Assembly: GCA_964016885.1 (NCBI GenBank) | Contig: OZ024743.1 | Span: 11,532,001 to 11,596,000, forward strand | Length of the DNA: 64,000 nt | Direction of reading: 5' to 3' | Source: Eledone cirrhosa | Lineage: Eukaryota | In this document: piece after piece, positions 35,183-48,898 of the stretch | Layout of the letters: each line of letters starts with the position of its first letter | How positions within the stretch are numbered: the first letter of the stretch is position 1 | Position numbers and translations under genes: made by a program | The notes under the pieces: model-generated | Told to the model about the DNA's origin: nothing | Databases searched by the model: none | What the model saw: only the letters and a program-made list of their open reading frames with translations

Positions 35183-38100
35183 GATGTAGTATTAACTTGG
35201 ATATTTACCATGCGACCCTCAGTTTCTACCTCACAATTCCCCCCCCCCCCCCCCACACACCACCATAGTCTATTCGACCAATCAAACCTAGCATGCCATT
35301 TCCACTGCTGCTGCTGCTACTACCTGCCTAACTAACTCTCTCCTCCTCTGGCGCATCCCAACACACCCTGCCATTACCCCACCACCACTGTCCTTCTAGC
35401 CCTCAATTTTCCCACCGTTAGGGATGGATGAGCTGGGAATACACGAGCAACTCTGAATCAATAGATGAAATATGAATCTGCGAGCTACCAAGCACCCACG
35501 TGAAGCGCCAACCCAGAGACCCTCCCCTACGAGTGTCGACAAATGCCCAAAACTCCGAGTTGGTACCATCAATGTAGGCTCAATGAAAGGAAGAGCAGGA
35601 GAAATCGTAGAAATGCTAGAGCGAAAGGAAGTTGATGTATGCTGTGTGCAAGAGACTAGATGGAGAGGAGGGTCTGCTAGAATCCTTGTAGGAAAAAGCC
35701 AGTGCTACAAATTTTTCTGGGTGGGAAATGACGATGGGATGGGTGGTGTAGGTATACTATTAGCTGACAAGTGGGTAGATAAAGTAATCTCAGTGTACAG
35801 GGTAAATGCAAGAATCATTAAACTCAGACTAGTCCTGAATAAGACAATTACCACAATAATATCAGCTTACGCACCCCAATCGGGGCTGCCAGACGAACTT
35901 AAGGATAGGTTTTACGAGTCCCTAATACACACTACTGCTCTAACAGACGACAAGGACTTCCTAATCATTGCAGGAGATTTTAACGGACACGTAGGTAAAC
36001 ACTGCGACGGCTTCAATAGAGTACATGGAGGCCATGGAGTTGGCACAAGGAATGAGGAAGGATTCAGACTTCTAGAATTCTGCGACGCCAATGACATGTC
36101 GATATGTAACACAAACTTTAAAAAAGCCGACAACCACCTGATCACCTATAGATCAGGGGAGCACTCTAGTCAGTTAGATTTTATCCTCATCAGAGGACGT
36201 GACAGATGGACGGTCGTAAACACAAAAGCCTTCCCTAGTGAGGAATGTACATCCCAACATAGCTTAGTTGTCAGCGACCTCACGGTCAGAACTAGACGAG
36301 CCCTGAAACAGAGGCCAACCTGGAGAAGAAAGATCTGGAAGCTGAAAGTCCCCTCAACCAGTAACAGATTTAAAGATATTTTACTCAACGCCTACGACAG
36401 TAAAGAAGAACAGATAGAGACATTTAACGTAGAAGAGAACTGGGAGTTCCTAAAAAATAACTTACTAGAGGCGACGGATGAGGTTTGTGGCTGGAGTAAG
36501 ACCTCAAGCAGGAGGAGAGTGACTTGGTGGTGGAACAATAAGGTAGATGAAGCAGTCAAGGCCAAGAGACAGGCATGGAAAGAATGGAAGAACGGGGGGA
36601 GCAGGGTACATTACATAGAGACCAAGAGGGAAGCTAGGCGACAAGTATACTTAGCTAGGAGGGAAGCAGAGGATAGAAAATTCAAGCATGTTTTACAACG
36701 TGAGGACCAGAAACAGGAGGTATTCAAGATTGCGAGGCAGTGTGTCAGAGATAGTTGTGATGTCATTGGAGAGAAGTGTATCCGGAATGATAAAGGTGAG
36801 CTTGCCCTCACAAGTGCTGAGAAGAAAGATGCATGGAAGAGTCATTATGATAGATTACTAAATGAGGAGAATGCATGGGAAGAAGAGACCCTACCCCACG
36901 TAGACCCTATAGAGGGACCAGCAGTACAAGTCAGCGGCAGCGTAGTAAGTAAGGCAATCAGAGATATGAAGATAGGGAAGGCAACCGGTCCATCGGGTAT
37001 AGCTGCCGAGATGCTGAAGGCATCTGGGTCTGTAGGTCACACTATAACCACACGTATCGTTAACCAGGTAATACTAGAGGGGGCCATACCAAAAGATTGG
37101 TGCAGTAGCATCATTGTCAACTGCTACAAAGGTAAAGGCGATGCACTAGATAGAGGAAACTATAGAGGTATAAAGTTGATGGACCAGGTCATGAAAGTAA
37201 CAGAAAGAGTTATAGCACAGCTGATTAGGGACCGGGTGAATATAGACGAGATGCAATTTGGGTTTGTTCCAGGGAAAGGCACCACTGATGCGCTCTTCCT
37301 TGTGAGGCAATTACAGGAAAAGTACCTAGCTAAAAGTAAGCCACTCTACTTGGCATTTGTCGACCTTGAGAAAGCCTTTGACAGAGTTCCACGTGCAGTA
37401 ATCTGGTGGGCTCTTAGAAAACTAGGAGTAGATGAATGGCTTGTGAAAGCGGTACAAGCCATGTATAGGGGAGCAGTCAGCAAAGTTAGGATTGGCAATG
37501 AGTATAGCGAGGAATTTAGCGTACAGGTTGGGGTCCACCAGGGCTCTGTTCTTAGCCCTCTCCTGTTCATCATAGTCCTGCAGGCAATAACGGAGGAGTT
37601 TAAGACCGGATGCCCATGGGAACTCCTGTATGCTGATGACCTCGCACTCATAGCTGAATCTATGGTAGAACTAGAGAATAAATTCCAAACCTGGAAGCAG
37701 GGACTAGAGAGAAAGGGCCTCAAAGTCAACATGACAAAGACTAAGGTCCTTATAAGTAGACGAGAAAACAGAACCCAGATCCCCTCAGGGAAATGGCCTT
37801 GCTCAGTATGTAGGAAAGGTGTAGGTAGGAACTCCATTCTTTGCCCCAAATGCAAACAATGGGTACACAAGAGATGTAGCGGGATCTCAGGAAGCTTAAT
37901 TAAGAATGTAGGATTCACATGCAGCAGCTGTGCTGAAACAGCAAGCAAACAGCCACAGGAAACAAGTACCACCAATCTCTGGGAGGGCCCTGTAGAAACA
38001 GTAGACAGCTTCTGCTACCTAGGTGACCGAATTAGCAACGGAGGTGGGTGCTCAGAAAGTACAATAACTAGGGTAAGAACGGGATGGAAGAAGTTTAGGG

Positions 38101-38887
38101 AACTACTACCACTGCTAGCTGCAAAAGGCTTCTCCCTCAGAATGAAAGGCAGACTGTATGATGCGTGTATCCGAACAGCGATGTTGCATGGTAGTGAGAC
38201 CTGGGCGCTGAAGGTGGAAGACTTACGTAGATTAGAGAGAAACGAAGCCTGCATGCTCCGATGGATGTGTAACAGTAATATACGTGAACGACAAAGCATA
38301 AATGAATTGAGAGAGAGACTGAGCATAAGAGGAATCAAATGCTGCGTGCAGGAGAGGCGGTTACGCTGGTATGGACATGTGATGCGTATGAAGGATGACA
38401 GCTGCATAAAAAGGTGCAGAGCACTAGAAGTTGATGGAAACCGCGGAGTGGGGAGACCCAAGATGACTTGGGATGAGGTGATAAAAGCCGACCTTACCCA
38501 ACTACACCTCTCAAAGTCAATGACACACGACCGTGACTTCTGGCGTCACGCAGTAATACAGGGTACCCGACCTCCCATGGGTACATGCTGAAGCATATAA
38601 ACAACATGCCCCCCCCCCCCACCGCAAGGTGGTCGTGGAGGTGCCACGGCAAAAAAAGCACCCAGCCCACACTGTAAAGTGGACGTGTAGGCGCCACGAA
38701 AAAGCACCCAGCACTCACTGTAAATGAGGTTGGTGTTAGGAAGGGCATCCAGCTGTAGAAATCAAGCCAGATCAGTTCCTGTATGAGCAAGGCATGGTCA
38801 GCCGACCAGACACTGCCCACAACAGGACAACCCGTCTAACCCATGCTAGCGTGGAAGAACGGACGTAAAACGGTGATGATGATGATG

Positions 38888-38892
<5 letters not shown>
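35183..38892 (+). mobile_element. Full-length RTE-clade LINE (family B) in TA microsatellite
   Basis: ~290-bp leader, single ORF, 3' UTR ending in a (GAT)n tail fused to (TA)n. Confidence 0.93.
35472..38591 (+). CDS. RTE LINE polyprotein: APE endonuclease + reverse transcriptase with inserted PHD-type Zn finger (intact, 1039 aa)
   Basis: APE motifs VGTINV, QETRW, SAYAP, GDFNGH, LDFIL; RT motifs NYRGIKL, QFGF, FVDLEKAFD, GVHQGSVLSP, LYADD, FCYLG; RTE C-terminus [15 protein letters not shown]. Confidence 0.95.
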   Translation: MNLRATKHPREAPTQRPSPTSVDKCPKLRVGTINVGSMKGRAGEIVEMLERKEVDVCCVQETRWRGGSARILVGKSQCYKFFWVGNDDGMGGVGILLADKWVDKVISVYRVNARIIKLRLVLNKTITTIISAYAPQSGLPDELKDRFYESLIHTTALTDDKDFLIIAGDFNGHVGKHCDGFNRVHGGHGVGTRNEEGFRLLEFCDANDMSICNTNFKKADNHLITYRSGEHSSQLDFILIRGRDRWTVVNTKAFPSEECTSQHSLVVSDLTVRTRRALKQRPTWRRKIWKLKVPSTSNRFKDILLNAYDSKEEQIETFNVEENWEFLKNNLLEATDEVCGWSKTSSRRRVTWWWNNKVDEAVKAKRQAWKEWKNGGSRVHYIETKREARRQVYLARREAEDRKFKHVLQREDQKQEVFKIARQCVRDSCDVIGEKCIRNDKGELALTSAEKKDAWKSHYDRLLNEENAWEEETLPHVDPIEGPAVQVSGSVVSKAIRDMKIGKATGPSGIAAEMLKASGSVGHTITTRIVNQVILEGAIPKDWCSSIIVNCYKGKGDALDRGNYRGIKLMDQVMKVTERVIAQLIRDRVNIDEMQFGFVPGKGTTDALFLVRQLQEKYLAKSKPLYLAFVDLEKAFDRVPRAVIWWALRKLGVDEWLVKAVQAMYRGAVSKVRIGNEYSEEFSVQVGVHQGSVLSPLLFIIVLQAITEEFKTGCPWELLYADDLALIAESMVELENKFQTWKQGLERKGLKVNMTKTKVLISRRENRTQIPSGKWPCSVCRKGVGRNSILCPKCKQWVHKRCSGISGSLIKNVGFTCSSCAETASKQPQETSTTNLWEGPVETVDSFCYLGDRISNGGGCSESTITRVRTGWKKFRELLPLLAAKGFSLRMKGRLYDACIRTAMLHGSETWALKVEDLRRLERNEACMLRWMCNSNIRERQSINELRERLSIRGIKCCVQERRLRWYGHVMRMKDDSCIKRCRALEVDGNRGVGRPKMTWDEVIKADLTQLHLSKSMTHDRDFWRHAVIQGTRPPMGTC

Positions 38893-38980
<88 letters not shown>

Positions 38981-39009
38981 GTATATATATATATATATGT
39001 ATATATATG

Positions 39010-39060
<51 letters not shown>

Positions 39061-39118
39061 GTATATATATAGATATGTATATATATATATATATATATAT
39101 ACATATCTATATATATAC

Positions 39119-39184
<66 letters not shown>

Positions 39185-39187
39185 GTA

Positions 39188-40126
39188 TCATCATCATCAT
39201 CATCATCACCGTTTTACGTCCGTTCTTCCACGCTAGCATGGGTTAGACGGGTTGTCCTGTTGTGGGCAGTGTCTGGTCGGCTGACCATGCCTTGCTCATA
39301 CAGGAACTGATCTGGCTTGATTTCTACAGCTGGATGCCCTTCCTAACACCAACCTCATTTACAGTGAGTGCTGGGTGCTTTTTCGTGGCGCCTACACGTC
39401 CACTTTACAGTGTGGGCTGGGTGCTTTTTTGCCGTGGCACCTCCACGACCACCTTGCGGTGGGGGGGGGGGGGCATATTGTTTATATGCTTCAGCATGTA
39501 CCCATGGGAGGTCGGGTACCCTGTATTACTGCGTGACGCCAGAAGTCACGGTCGTGTGTCATTGACTTTGAGAGGTGTAGTTGGGTAAGGTCGGCTTTTA
39601 TCACCTCATCCCAAGTCATCTTGGGTCTCCCCACTCCGCGGTTTCCATCAACTTCTAGTGCTCTGCACCTTTTTATGCAGCTGTCATCCTTCATACGCAT
39701 CACATGTCCATACCAGCGTAACCGCCTCTCCTGCACGCAGCATTTGATTCCTCTTATGCTCAGTCTCTCTCTCAATTCCTTTATGCTTTGTCGTTCACGT
39801 ATATTACTGTTACACATCCATCGGAGCATGCAGGCTTCGTTTCTCTCTAATCTACGTAAGTCTTCCACCTTCAGCGCCCAGGTCTCACTACCATGCAACA
39901 TCGCTGTTCGGATACACGCATCATACAGTCTGCCTTTCATTCTGAGGGAGAAGCCTTTTGCAGCTAGCAGTGGTAGTAGTTCCCTAAACTTCTTCCATCC
40001 CGTTCTTACCCTAGTTATTGTACTTTCTGAGCACCCACCTCCGTTGCTAATTCGGTCACCTAGGTAGCAGAAGCTGTCTACTGTTTCTACAGGGCCCTCC
40101 CAGAGATTGGTGGTACTTGTTTCCTG
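39188..40126 (-). mobile_element. RTE family B 5'-truncated copy in inverted orientation (tail-to-tail with 35183-38892)
   Basis: Reverse complement of ~37957-38892; (CAT)n tail at 39188; encodes QETSTTNLW...RPPMGTC. Confidence 0.92.
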
Positions 40127-41130
<1,004 letters not shown>

Positions 41131-44118
41131 TTGGACAACATTGTGACGGCTACGACGAAATCCATGGAGGCTATGGGTTTGGTACTAGAAATGAGGAAGG
41201 CTCCAGAATCCTGGAATTCTGTGATGCAAATAACCTAACTATCTGTAACACTAACTTCAAAAAACGTGACATCACCTGATCACCTATAGATCCGGGGAAC
41301 ACACAAGCCAGGTAGATTATATCCTTACCAGAAGACGTGACAGAGTGTCTGTTGTAAACACTAAATCCCTCCCCCATGAAGAATGCACCTCCCAACATAG
41401 ACTGATAATTAGCGACCTCATAGTCAGGACGAGACGTACTCGACAGCAGAAGAGGACTATCCTCAGGAGAAAAATATGGAAGCTAAAGGACCCCACAGCC
41501 AGGAATAAATTTCAAAGCATATTACTTGATGCTTTCGACAGTAAGGAAGAACATTTAGAGTTGGACAATATAGAGGGAGAGTGGGAATTTCTGAAAGCAA
41601 ACCTGCTGTTGGCGACAGACGAAGTCTGTGGCTGGAGCAGGCCTGTAGGCAGGAGGAGAGTAACATGGTGGTGGAACAGTAAGGTGGAGGGGTCAATTAA
41701 GGCCAAAAAGCAGGCTTGGAAAGTATGGCGGGATGGGGGAAGTAGAGAAGACTATCAAGTGGCCAGGAGGGAAGCTAGGAGACAAGTGTACTTAGCAAGA
41801 AGGGAAGCTGAGGAAAGAAAGTTCAAGCATGTTCTACAACGCGATGACCAAAAACGTGAGGTGTTCAGGATTGCTAGGCAATGCATCAAGGAAAACCGTG
41901 ATATTGTCGGGGAGAAGTGTGTACTAAACGACGATGGCACACTTGCCATCACCGACGCTGATAAGAAGGTAGCTTGGAAGTGTCACTATGAAAGGCTACT
42001 AAATGAGGAGAATAAATGGGAGAAAGACAGTCTCCCCTATATCGACCCAATAGAGGGACCAGCAGTGTTAGTCGAGGGGAGTATAATAAGTAAGGCAATC
42101 AAGGATATGAAGACGGGTAAGGCGGCTGGGCCTTCGGAAATAGTTGCTGAGATGCTGAAGGCATCTGGCACGGTGGGACACACCATGGTCACCCGCATAG
42201 TTAACCAAGTCGTACAGAATGGGGTTGTTCCGAAGGACTGGCGTAGCAGCATCATCGTTAACTGTTATAAGGGTAAAGGAGACGCCCTAGATAGGAGTAA
42301 CTATAGAGGCATTAAATTAATCGACCAGGTCATGAAGGTCACGGAAAAAGTAATAGCACAACTAATCAGAGAGAGAATTGACCTAGATGAAATGCAGTTC
42401 GGGTTTGTGTCAGGCAAAAGTACCACAGACGCTCTTTTCATTGTACGACAACTACAGGAGAAGTACCTAGCTAAAGGTAAACCCCTCTACTTAGCTTTTG
42501 TCGACTTGGAGAAAGCCTTCGACAGAGTCCCCCGCTCCATTATCTGGTGGGCTCTTAGAAAACTAGGCGTTGACGAATGGCTTGTGAGAGCTATACAAGC
42601 CATGTATAAAGAAACAGTCAGCAAGGTTAGAATTAACAACGAATATAGTGAAGAGTTTAGCGTAAAAGTTGGCGTCCATCAGGGCTCTGTTCTCAGCCCC
42701 CTACTATTTATTATTGCCCTTCAGGCTATAACAGAGGAGTTCAAGACCGGCTGCCCATGGGAACTCCTATACGCAGATGACCTGACACTCATAGCGGAAT
42801 CAATAGCCAAGCTAGAGAAGAAATTCCAAACATGGAAGCACGGCCTAGAATCAAAAGGCCTTAAAATTAACCTGGCTAAGACTAAAGTTCTAGTTTGTAG
42901 GAAAGAAAATAAGGCAGCGGTCCCTTCTGGGAAATGGTCGTGCTCGGTGTGTAGGAAAGGCGTAGGTAGAAACTCCATTTTGTGTCCCAAATGCAAAGTA
43001 TGGGTGCATAAAAGATGTAGTGGGATCACAGGTAAGCTGACTAAGAACATAGATTTTACATGTGGCCGGTGATCTGGTGCAATAAGTAGCAGCAAGTGCC
43101 CACAAAATACTAGCTCTTTCAACTGCGCAGAGGGTTCTATAGAAATAGTGGACAGCTTCCGTTACCTGGGTGACAAAATCAGCAGTGGGGGAGGGTGCTC
43201 TGAAAATACAGTAGCTAGAGTCAGAACTGGATGGAAAAAGTTCAGAGAGCTTATACCACTATTAGCCGCTAAAGGGTTCTCCCTAAAAATGAAAGTCAGG
43301 TTGTACGATGCCTGCATACGAACAGCAATGTTGCATGGCAGTGAGACCTGGGCATTGTGTGCAGAGGATATACGCAGACTAGAGAGGAACGAAGCTTGCA
43401 TGCTCCGCTGGATGTGTAATAGTAATATACGTGAACGGCAAAGCATAAACGAACTAAGGAAAAAATTAGAAATAAGAGGGATCAGATGTTGTTTACTCGA
43501 GAGAAGGCTACGTTGGTATGGTCACGTGATGCGCATGAAGGACGATAGCTGTATAACAAAGTGCAGGGCAATAAAGATAGACGGTAGCCACGGAATAGGC
43601 AGACCCAGAAAAACCTGGGACGAGCTGATAAATTCCGACCTCACACACTTACACCTCACCAAGACAATGTCACTGGACCGAGACCTTTGGCGGTACTGAG
43701 TAATAGAGAAGACCCGCCTTACCTAAATACAAAGTAAAACCTACTACAGTCAGTAGGCATCTCTAACAAAATACACCCCCCGTCCCACCACCCCCACCCC
43801 ATCCACACCGCCCCTTTCAATGTAAAGTTATGTTGGTGCCACAACATCCAGGCCGAAACAAATGAGATCGTGTAGGTGTCACGTCAAAAAAACACACAGT
43901 TCACGCTGTAATGTGGCCGTCTAGGCAACACGGTAAAAACCTCCCAGCCCCACACTGTAAATGTGGTTGGTGTTAGGAAGGGCATCCAGCTGTAGAAAAC
44001 CCGCCAGATAGTCCTATGCGAGCAAGATAATCACTCTTGCCTCAAGTGGGAAAACCCCCGTCCAAACCCATGCAAGCGTGGAACACGGACATTAAACGTT
44101 GATGATGATGATGATGAT
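41131..44118 (+). pseudogene. RTE LINE family A, 5'-truncated and inactivated copy
   Basis: 1-bp deletion at ~41270 versus the 6737 copy, TGA at 43070 (TGT in the 21507 copy) and at 43697; LYADD RT core and Zn finger present; (GAT)n tail. Confidence 0.92.
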
Positions 44119-44619
44119 ATATATATATATATATATATATATAAATTAATATTTGATGAACATTTACATGTTATAGTTGCAATTGACTAATAAGATCGCT
44201 AGAGTGAAAAATCTTAATTCAACAACATAAGGTCTGCCTGTACGATCTAGAAAATAATAAATCAATACTCACAGACTCATATGGGCAAAAAGCCTTGGTA
44301 CCTAGACACGTTTAAAATTCAAAATACAAACTTTTTCCGCAGATCGGTCAGAACTTCAAACTTCAAACATGTTTCACAAAGGATGGTATAATAGTAAAAT
44401 AATTAACTAATTAGCAGTGAGTTAATCAACTTTTTCTGTGTTTATCAATAGGCACCCAGATAAAAATAAAATAACTCAACCTTAGAAAAATATCTAAGGT
44501 CTGGTTAGCGTAGCGAAAATACACGAGGTTTTGCACACGGTTTATTCCAGTCCTCTAACGTCCCACACATAGTGCTAGAAATAACAGCCGTTTGTATGGG
44601 ATTACAAAATTCAGCTCAC

Positions 44620-44661
<42 letters not shown>

Positions 44662-44781
44662 GATATATATGTATATATATATGTATATATATATATATAA
44701 GTATGTATATATATATATATGTATATATATATATGTATGTATATATATATATATGTATGTATATATATATATATATGTATG

Positions 44782-44820
<39 letters not shown>

Positions 44821-44974
44821 ATATATATATATGTATGTATGTATATATATATACATAATGTATGTATATATATATATATATATGTATGTATATATATATA
44901 TATGTATGTATATATATATATGTGTATGTATATATATATATATATGTATGTATATATATATATATATATGTATG

Positions 44975-45009
<35 letters not shown>

Positions 45010-45156
45010 GTATGTATATATATATATATGTATGTATATATATATATATATGTATGTATATATATATATATATGTATGTATATATATATATATGTATGTA
45101 TGTATATATATATATATATATGATGATATGTATATATATATATATATGATGATATG

Positions 45157-45211
<55 letters not shown>

Positions 45212-45448
45212 GTATGTATATATATATATATATGTATGTATGTATGTGTATATATATGTATGTATGTATATGTATATTATTGTTGTTGTTGTTATTATTG
45301 TTGTATGTGTGTGCGTGTGTATATGTGTGTGTGAGTATGTGTGTGTGTGTATATGTATGTATATTTATATATATATATATATATATTTCTTTTTTTTTTC
45401 TTTTTATTTATTTATTATTATTATTTTTTTTTTCTTTCTCCTCGTGCA

Positions 45449-46510
45449 ATGGCCATACTCGATAACGAGGGGGCAGCCATCAAAATCACCGGGAGAGATG
45501 ACCCCTTAGCCTTTGTCAGGGCAGAATTCTAGGAGAAGGAAAACTCTGATATAACACCTGCAACCCTGATGGTATCCAATGATGTTGACTTGTTCTTCTT
45601 TTTGGTAAATATCATCTTGGTTAAGAGAGTGGGACTGGCTTTGTGCAGTGCCTTTGCTCACTATAAAAGCTTCACGGCACAGGCATTGCTTTATATCTGG
45701 AGATCTCTCTGCACTTGTTGTCACATGGTGCCATGGGCCCAGCACTGTGTCAATAATTGTCACAAGTGTAGTGTTTGTACCAGAGTGCATCGGTAGGGGT
45801 TCTCTCCTACATGGATGTAAAGTGGTGGCCGTACTCGAAAACGAGTTGGCAGCCACCACCATGTATGTATGTACATGTATGCATATGTATGTATGTATGT
45901 ACGTGTATATGTATGTATGTATGTATATGTGTATGTATGTATGTATGCATGTACATGTGTATGTATGTATGTACGTATATATGTATGTATGTATGTGGGT
46001 ATCTACGTATATATGTGTGTGTATGTATGTATATATATGTGTATGTATATATATCAAAGGGCAAAGGAGCTCTTAAGAGTCAATGGCCATCCAAAATCAC
46101 CGGGAGACATGACCCCCTTAGCCTTTGTCAAGGCAGAATTCTAGGAGAAGGAAAACTCTGATATAACACCTGCAACCCTGATGATATCCAATGATGTTGA
46201 CTTGTTCTTCTTTTTGGTAAATATCATCTTGGTTAAGAGAGTGGGACTGGCCTTGTGCAGTGCCTTTGCTCACTATAAAAGCTTCATGGCACAGGCATTG
46301 CTTTATATCTGGAGATCTCTCTGCACTTGTCGTCACATGGTACCATGGGCACAGCACCATGTGTCAATAATTGTCACAAGTGTAGTGTTTGTACCAGAGT
46401 TTTCAAGCTGGCTGGACTAAAAAGTCACACTCGTTCAGCGCATCGGTAGGGGTTCTCCTACATGGATATAAAGTAGTGGCCGTACTCGAAAACGAGTTGG
46501 CAGCCACCAT
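45449..46510 (+). mobile_element. Two partial copies of the non-autonomous RTE-type element (45482-45862 and 46054-46510) separated by a TATG tract
   Basis: Homology to 3100-3519 and 3062-3519; 45449-45481 is the 3' terminus of a related element. Confidence 0.72.
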
Positions 46511-47228
46511 GTATATATATATATGTATGTATATATATATATCTATATATATATATATATGTATGTATGTATATATGTATGTATGTATATATGTATATAT
46601 GTATGTATGTATATATATATATGTATGTATGTATATATATATGTATGTATGTATATATATATGTATATATATATGTATATATATGTTTATATATATGTAT
46701 GTATGTATATATATATATGTATGAATGTATATATATATGTATGTATGTATATATATATATGTATGTATGTATATATATATATGTATGTATGTATATATAT
46801 ATGTATATATGTATGTATATATATATGTATATATATGTTTATATATATGTATGTATGTATATATAAATGTGAATCCCAGTTGATCCATGAGCTTTTAAAC
46901 AAGACCAGCTGTGCCTAGAGCTATGCAGATGACTACATACGCATAATGGATATCGCGCCCACACAGTCACCAGTACTGTTCATCCTGTTGTATGTATGTA
47001 AATATCCGTGCGCGGGATATCCCTGAGTACATTTTCTTGACCATCAATTGTTAATCGATTGTTTGTTAATTAGGCAGGAATATACCATTGTGTCTGTGCT
47101 AATCCTATGTTGCTGTGTGTGTGTAAAGTATCCGAGCGCGGGATATCCCTGAGCTAATTTTGCCTGACTGTTAATAGTGTTTTGATTTCTTGTTAATTAG
47201 GCAGGAATATATATTATTATGTCTTTGT

Positions 47229-47384
47229 TAATCCTGTATCAATAATTTTATAATAATTTTTTGTGATAATCCTGTATCAATAATTTTATAATAATTTTTT
47301 GTGATAATCCTGTATCAATAATTTTATAATAATTTTTTGTGATAATCCTGTATCAATAATTTTATAATAATTTTTTGTGATAAT
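47229..47384. repeat. 38-bp minisatellite x4, preceded by two diverged ~126-bp repeats (47003, 47129)
   Basis: TAATCCTGTATCAATAATTTTATAATAATTTTTTGTGA at 47229, 47267, 47305 and 47343; TATCCG.GCGCGGGATATCCCTGAG twice. Confidence 0.9.
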
Positions 47385-48275
47385 ACATTGTTAGATTACT
47401 GAAGCTACCTTATACCTTCTTAAAAATACATTTTATAATTATTGTCTTTTTGCTTATGTATTTTCTTATTCACCACTTTCTTTAATCTTGCCCAACTTGA
47501 TAAACTCCTTGAATTGCTCCCTAATTAAATTACTTAAATTACTTAAATTATTGTATCTATTATGCCTAAGTTGTATCTGTTGAAGCAGCCCTTTGAAAAT
47601 TCCTCGGATATCCCAAATACCGTAATTTTTAACTTTTAATGTATAATTTTCCTCAATTCGTTTTTATATATATTAAAGGCTCTCTAAAATTTTAATTCTT
47701 CGAAGGGTCTCTCAGAAGAAGTTCCTATTAAAAATATTAAAGGGGCCTTTTCTGAGAGAATTATAGAAGGCTCTTTGAATTAACCTTTAATTGATTAGTT
47801 TCTTTCAACTTAGTAGGGAATATCAAAACTTTGTAAGTTTTCTGAAATTTGTAAACGTGATCTCCGGGGAAGAAGGTTTTTTTCTTTCGGAAAACATTTT
47901 TTTCTCTAGAAGGAATTTCATAGGAAACTTTATATATTTTTTAGGGAAACTTTATATTTTTATTTTTTATTTTATTAGCCTCTTAATTTCTTCCAGTCTA
48001 GTAGGTTTATTGGAGCCTGTAAGCTTTATGCACTTATTGAGGGATTTTCTAAGGTGCTTCTACGGGACCCCAAGTCTTTTAGTTTACTGTTAATGCGTAA
48101 ATTATATATTATCTAATTTTTAAACTTCAATCCCTGACCCCGACAACTAATATAAAAGAGCCCCCTTAGAATATAGACCCCAACTATACAAGCGGAGTTG
48201 CTGATGTATACCACAATTTCTAACTGCTAGCCTTGAGTGATACGTTGATGTAAATAATGATCTTACAATCACATG

Positions 48276-48333
48276 TTATATGCCTTGAAAAGTCCCACCA
48301 TGTGGTCGGACGAAACGGCTGTCGGCAATAAAC
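48276..48333 (+). ncRNA. Variant type I hammerhead (U3-A8 core), Penelope-pLTR-like
   Basis: TGCC-TTGAAAA-GTCC CACCATGTGGTC GGAC-GAAA-CGGCT-GTC^GGCA ATAAAC: stem I TGCC/GGCA, stem II GTCC/GGAC, minimal stem III, GUC triplet, directly followed by AATAAA. Confidence 0.7.
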
Positions 48334-48754
48334 TTGTTATAATGTCATAATAGTTCCTTTGTTCTTTTTCACTAATATTTCTGCTCTGCGTATACGCATA
48401 GAGCTTAACTAGCTACCGTCACATATTTGGTAGGTCAGACGTGATCATCGCGATTCACATACAACCTACCATACATCTTACTTATATATATGTATGTATA
48501 TATATATGTATGTATATATATATATGTATATATAGATATATATATGTATATAGATATATATATGTATATATATATATATATATATGTATGTATATATATA
48601 TATATATATATGTATGTATATATATATATATATGTATGTATATATATATATATATATGTATGTATATATATATATGTATGTATATATATATATATGTATG
48701 TATATATATATGTATGTATGTATATATATATATGTATGTATATATATATATATG

Positions 48755-48801
<47 letters not shown>

Positions 48802-48827
48802 ATATAAGTATATATATGTATGTATAT

Positions 48828-48868
<41 letters not shown>

Positions 48869-48898
48869 TGTATGTATATATATATATGTATGTATATG

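Noticed and set aside
37346-38461. Antisense ORFs (209 and 148 aa) inside the RTE copies
   Set aside because: Shadow ORFs of the RT frame with no motifs; they recur only because the copies are near-identical.
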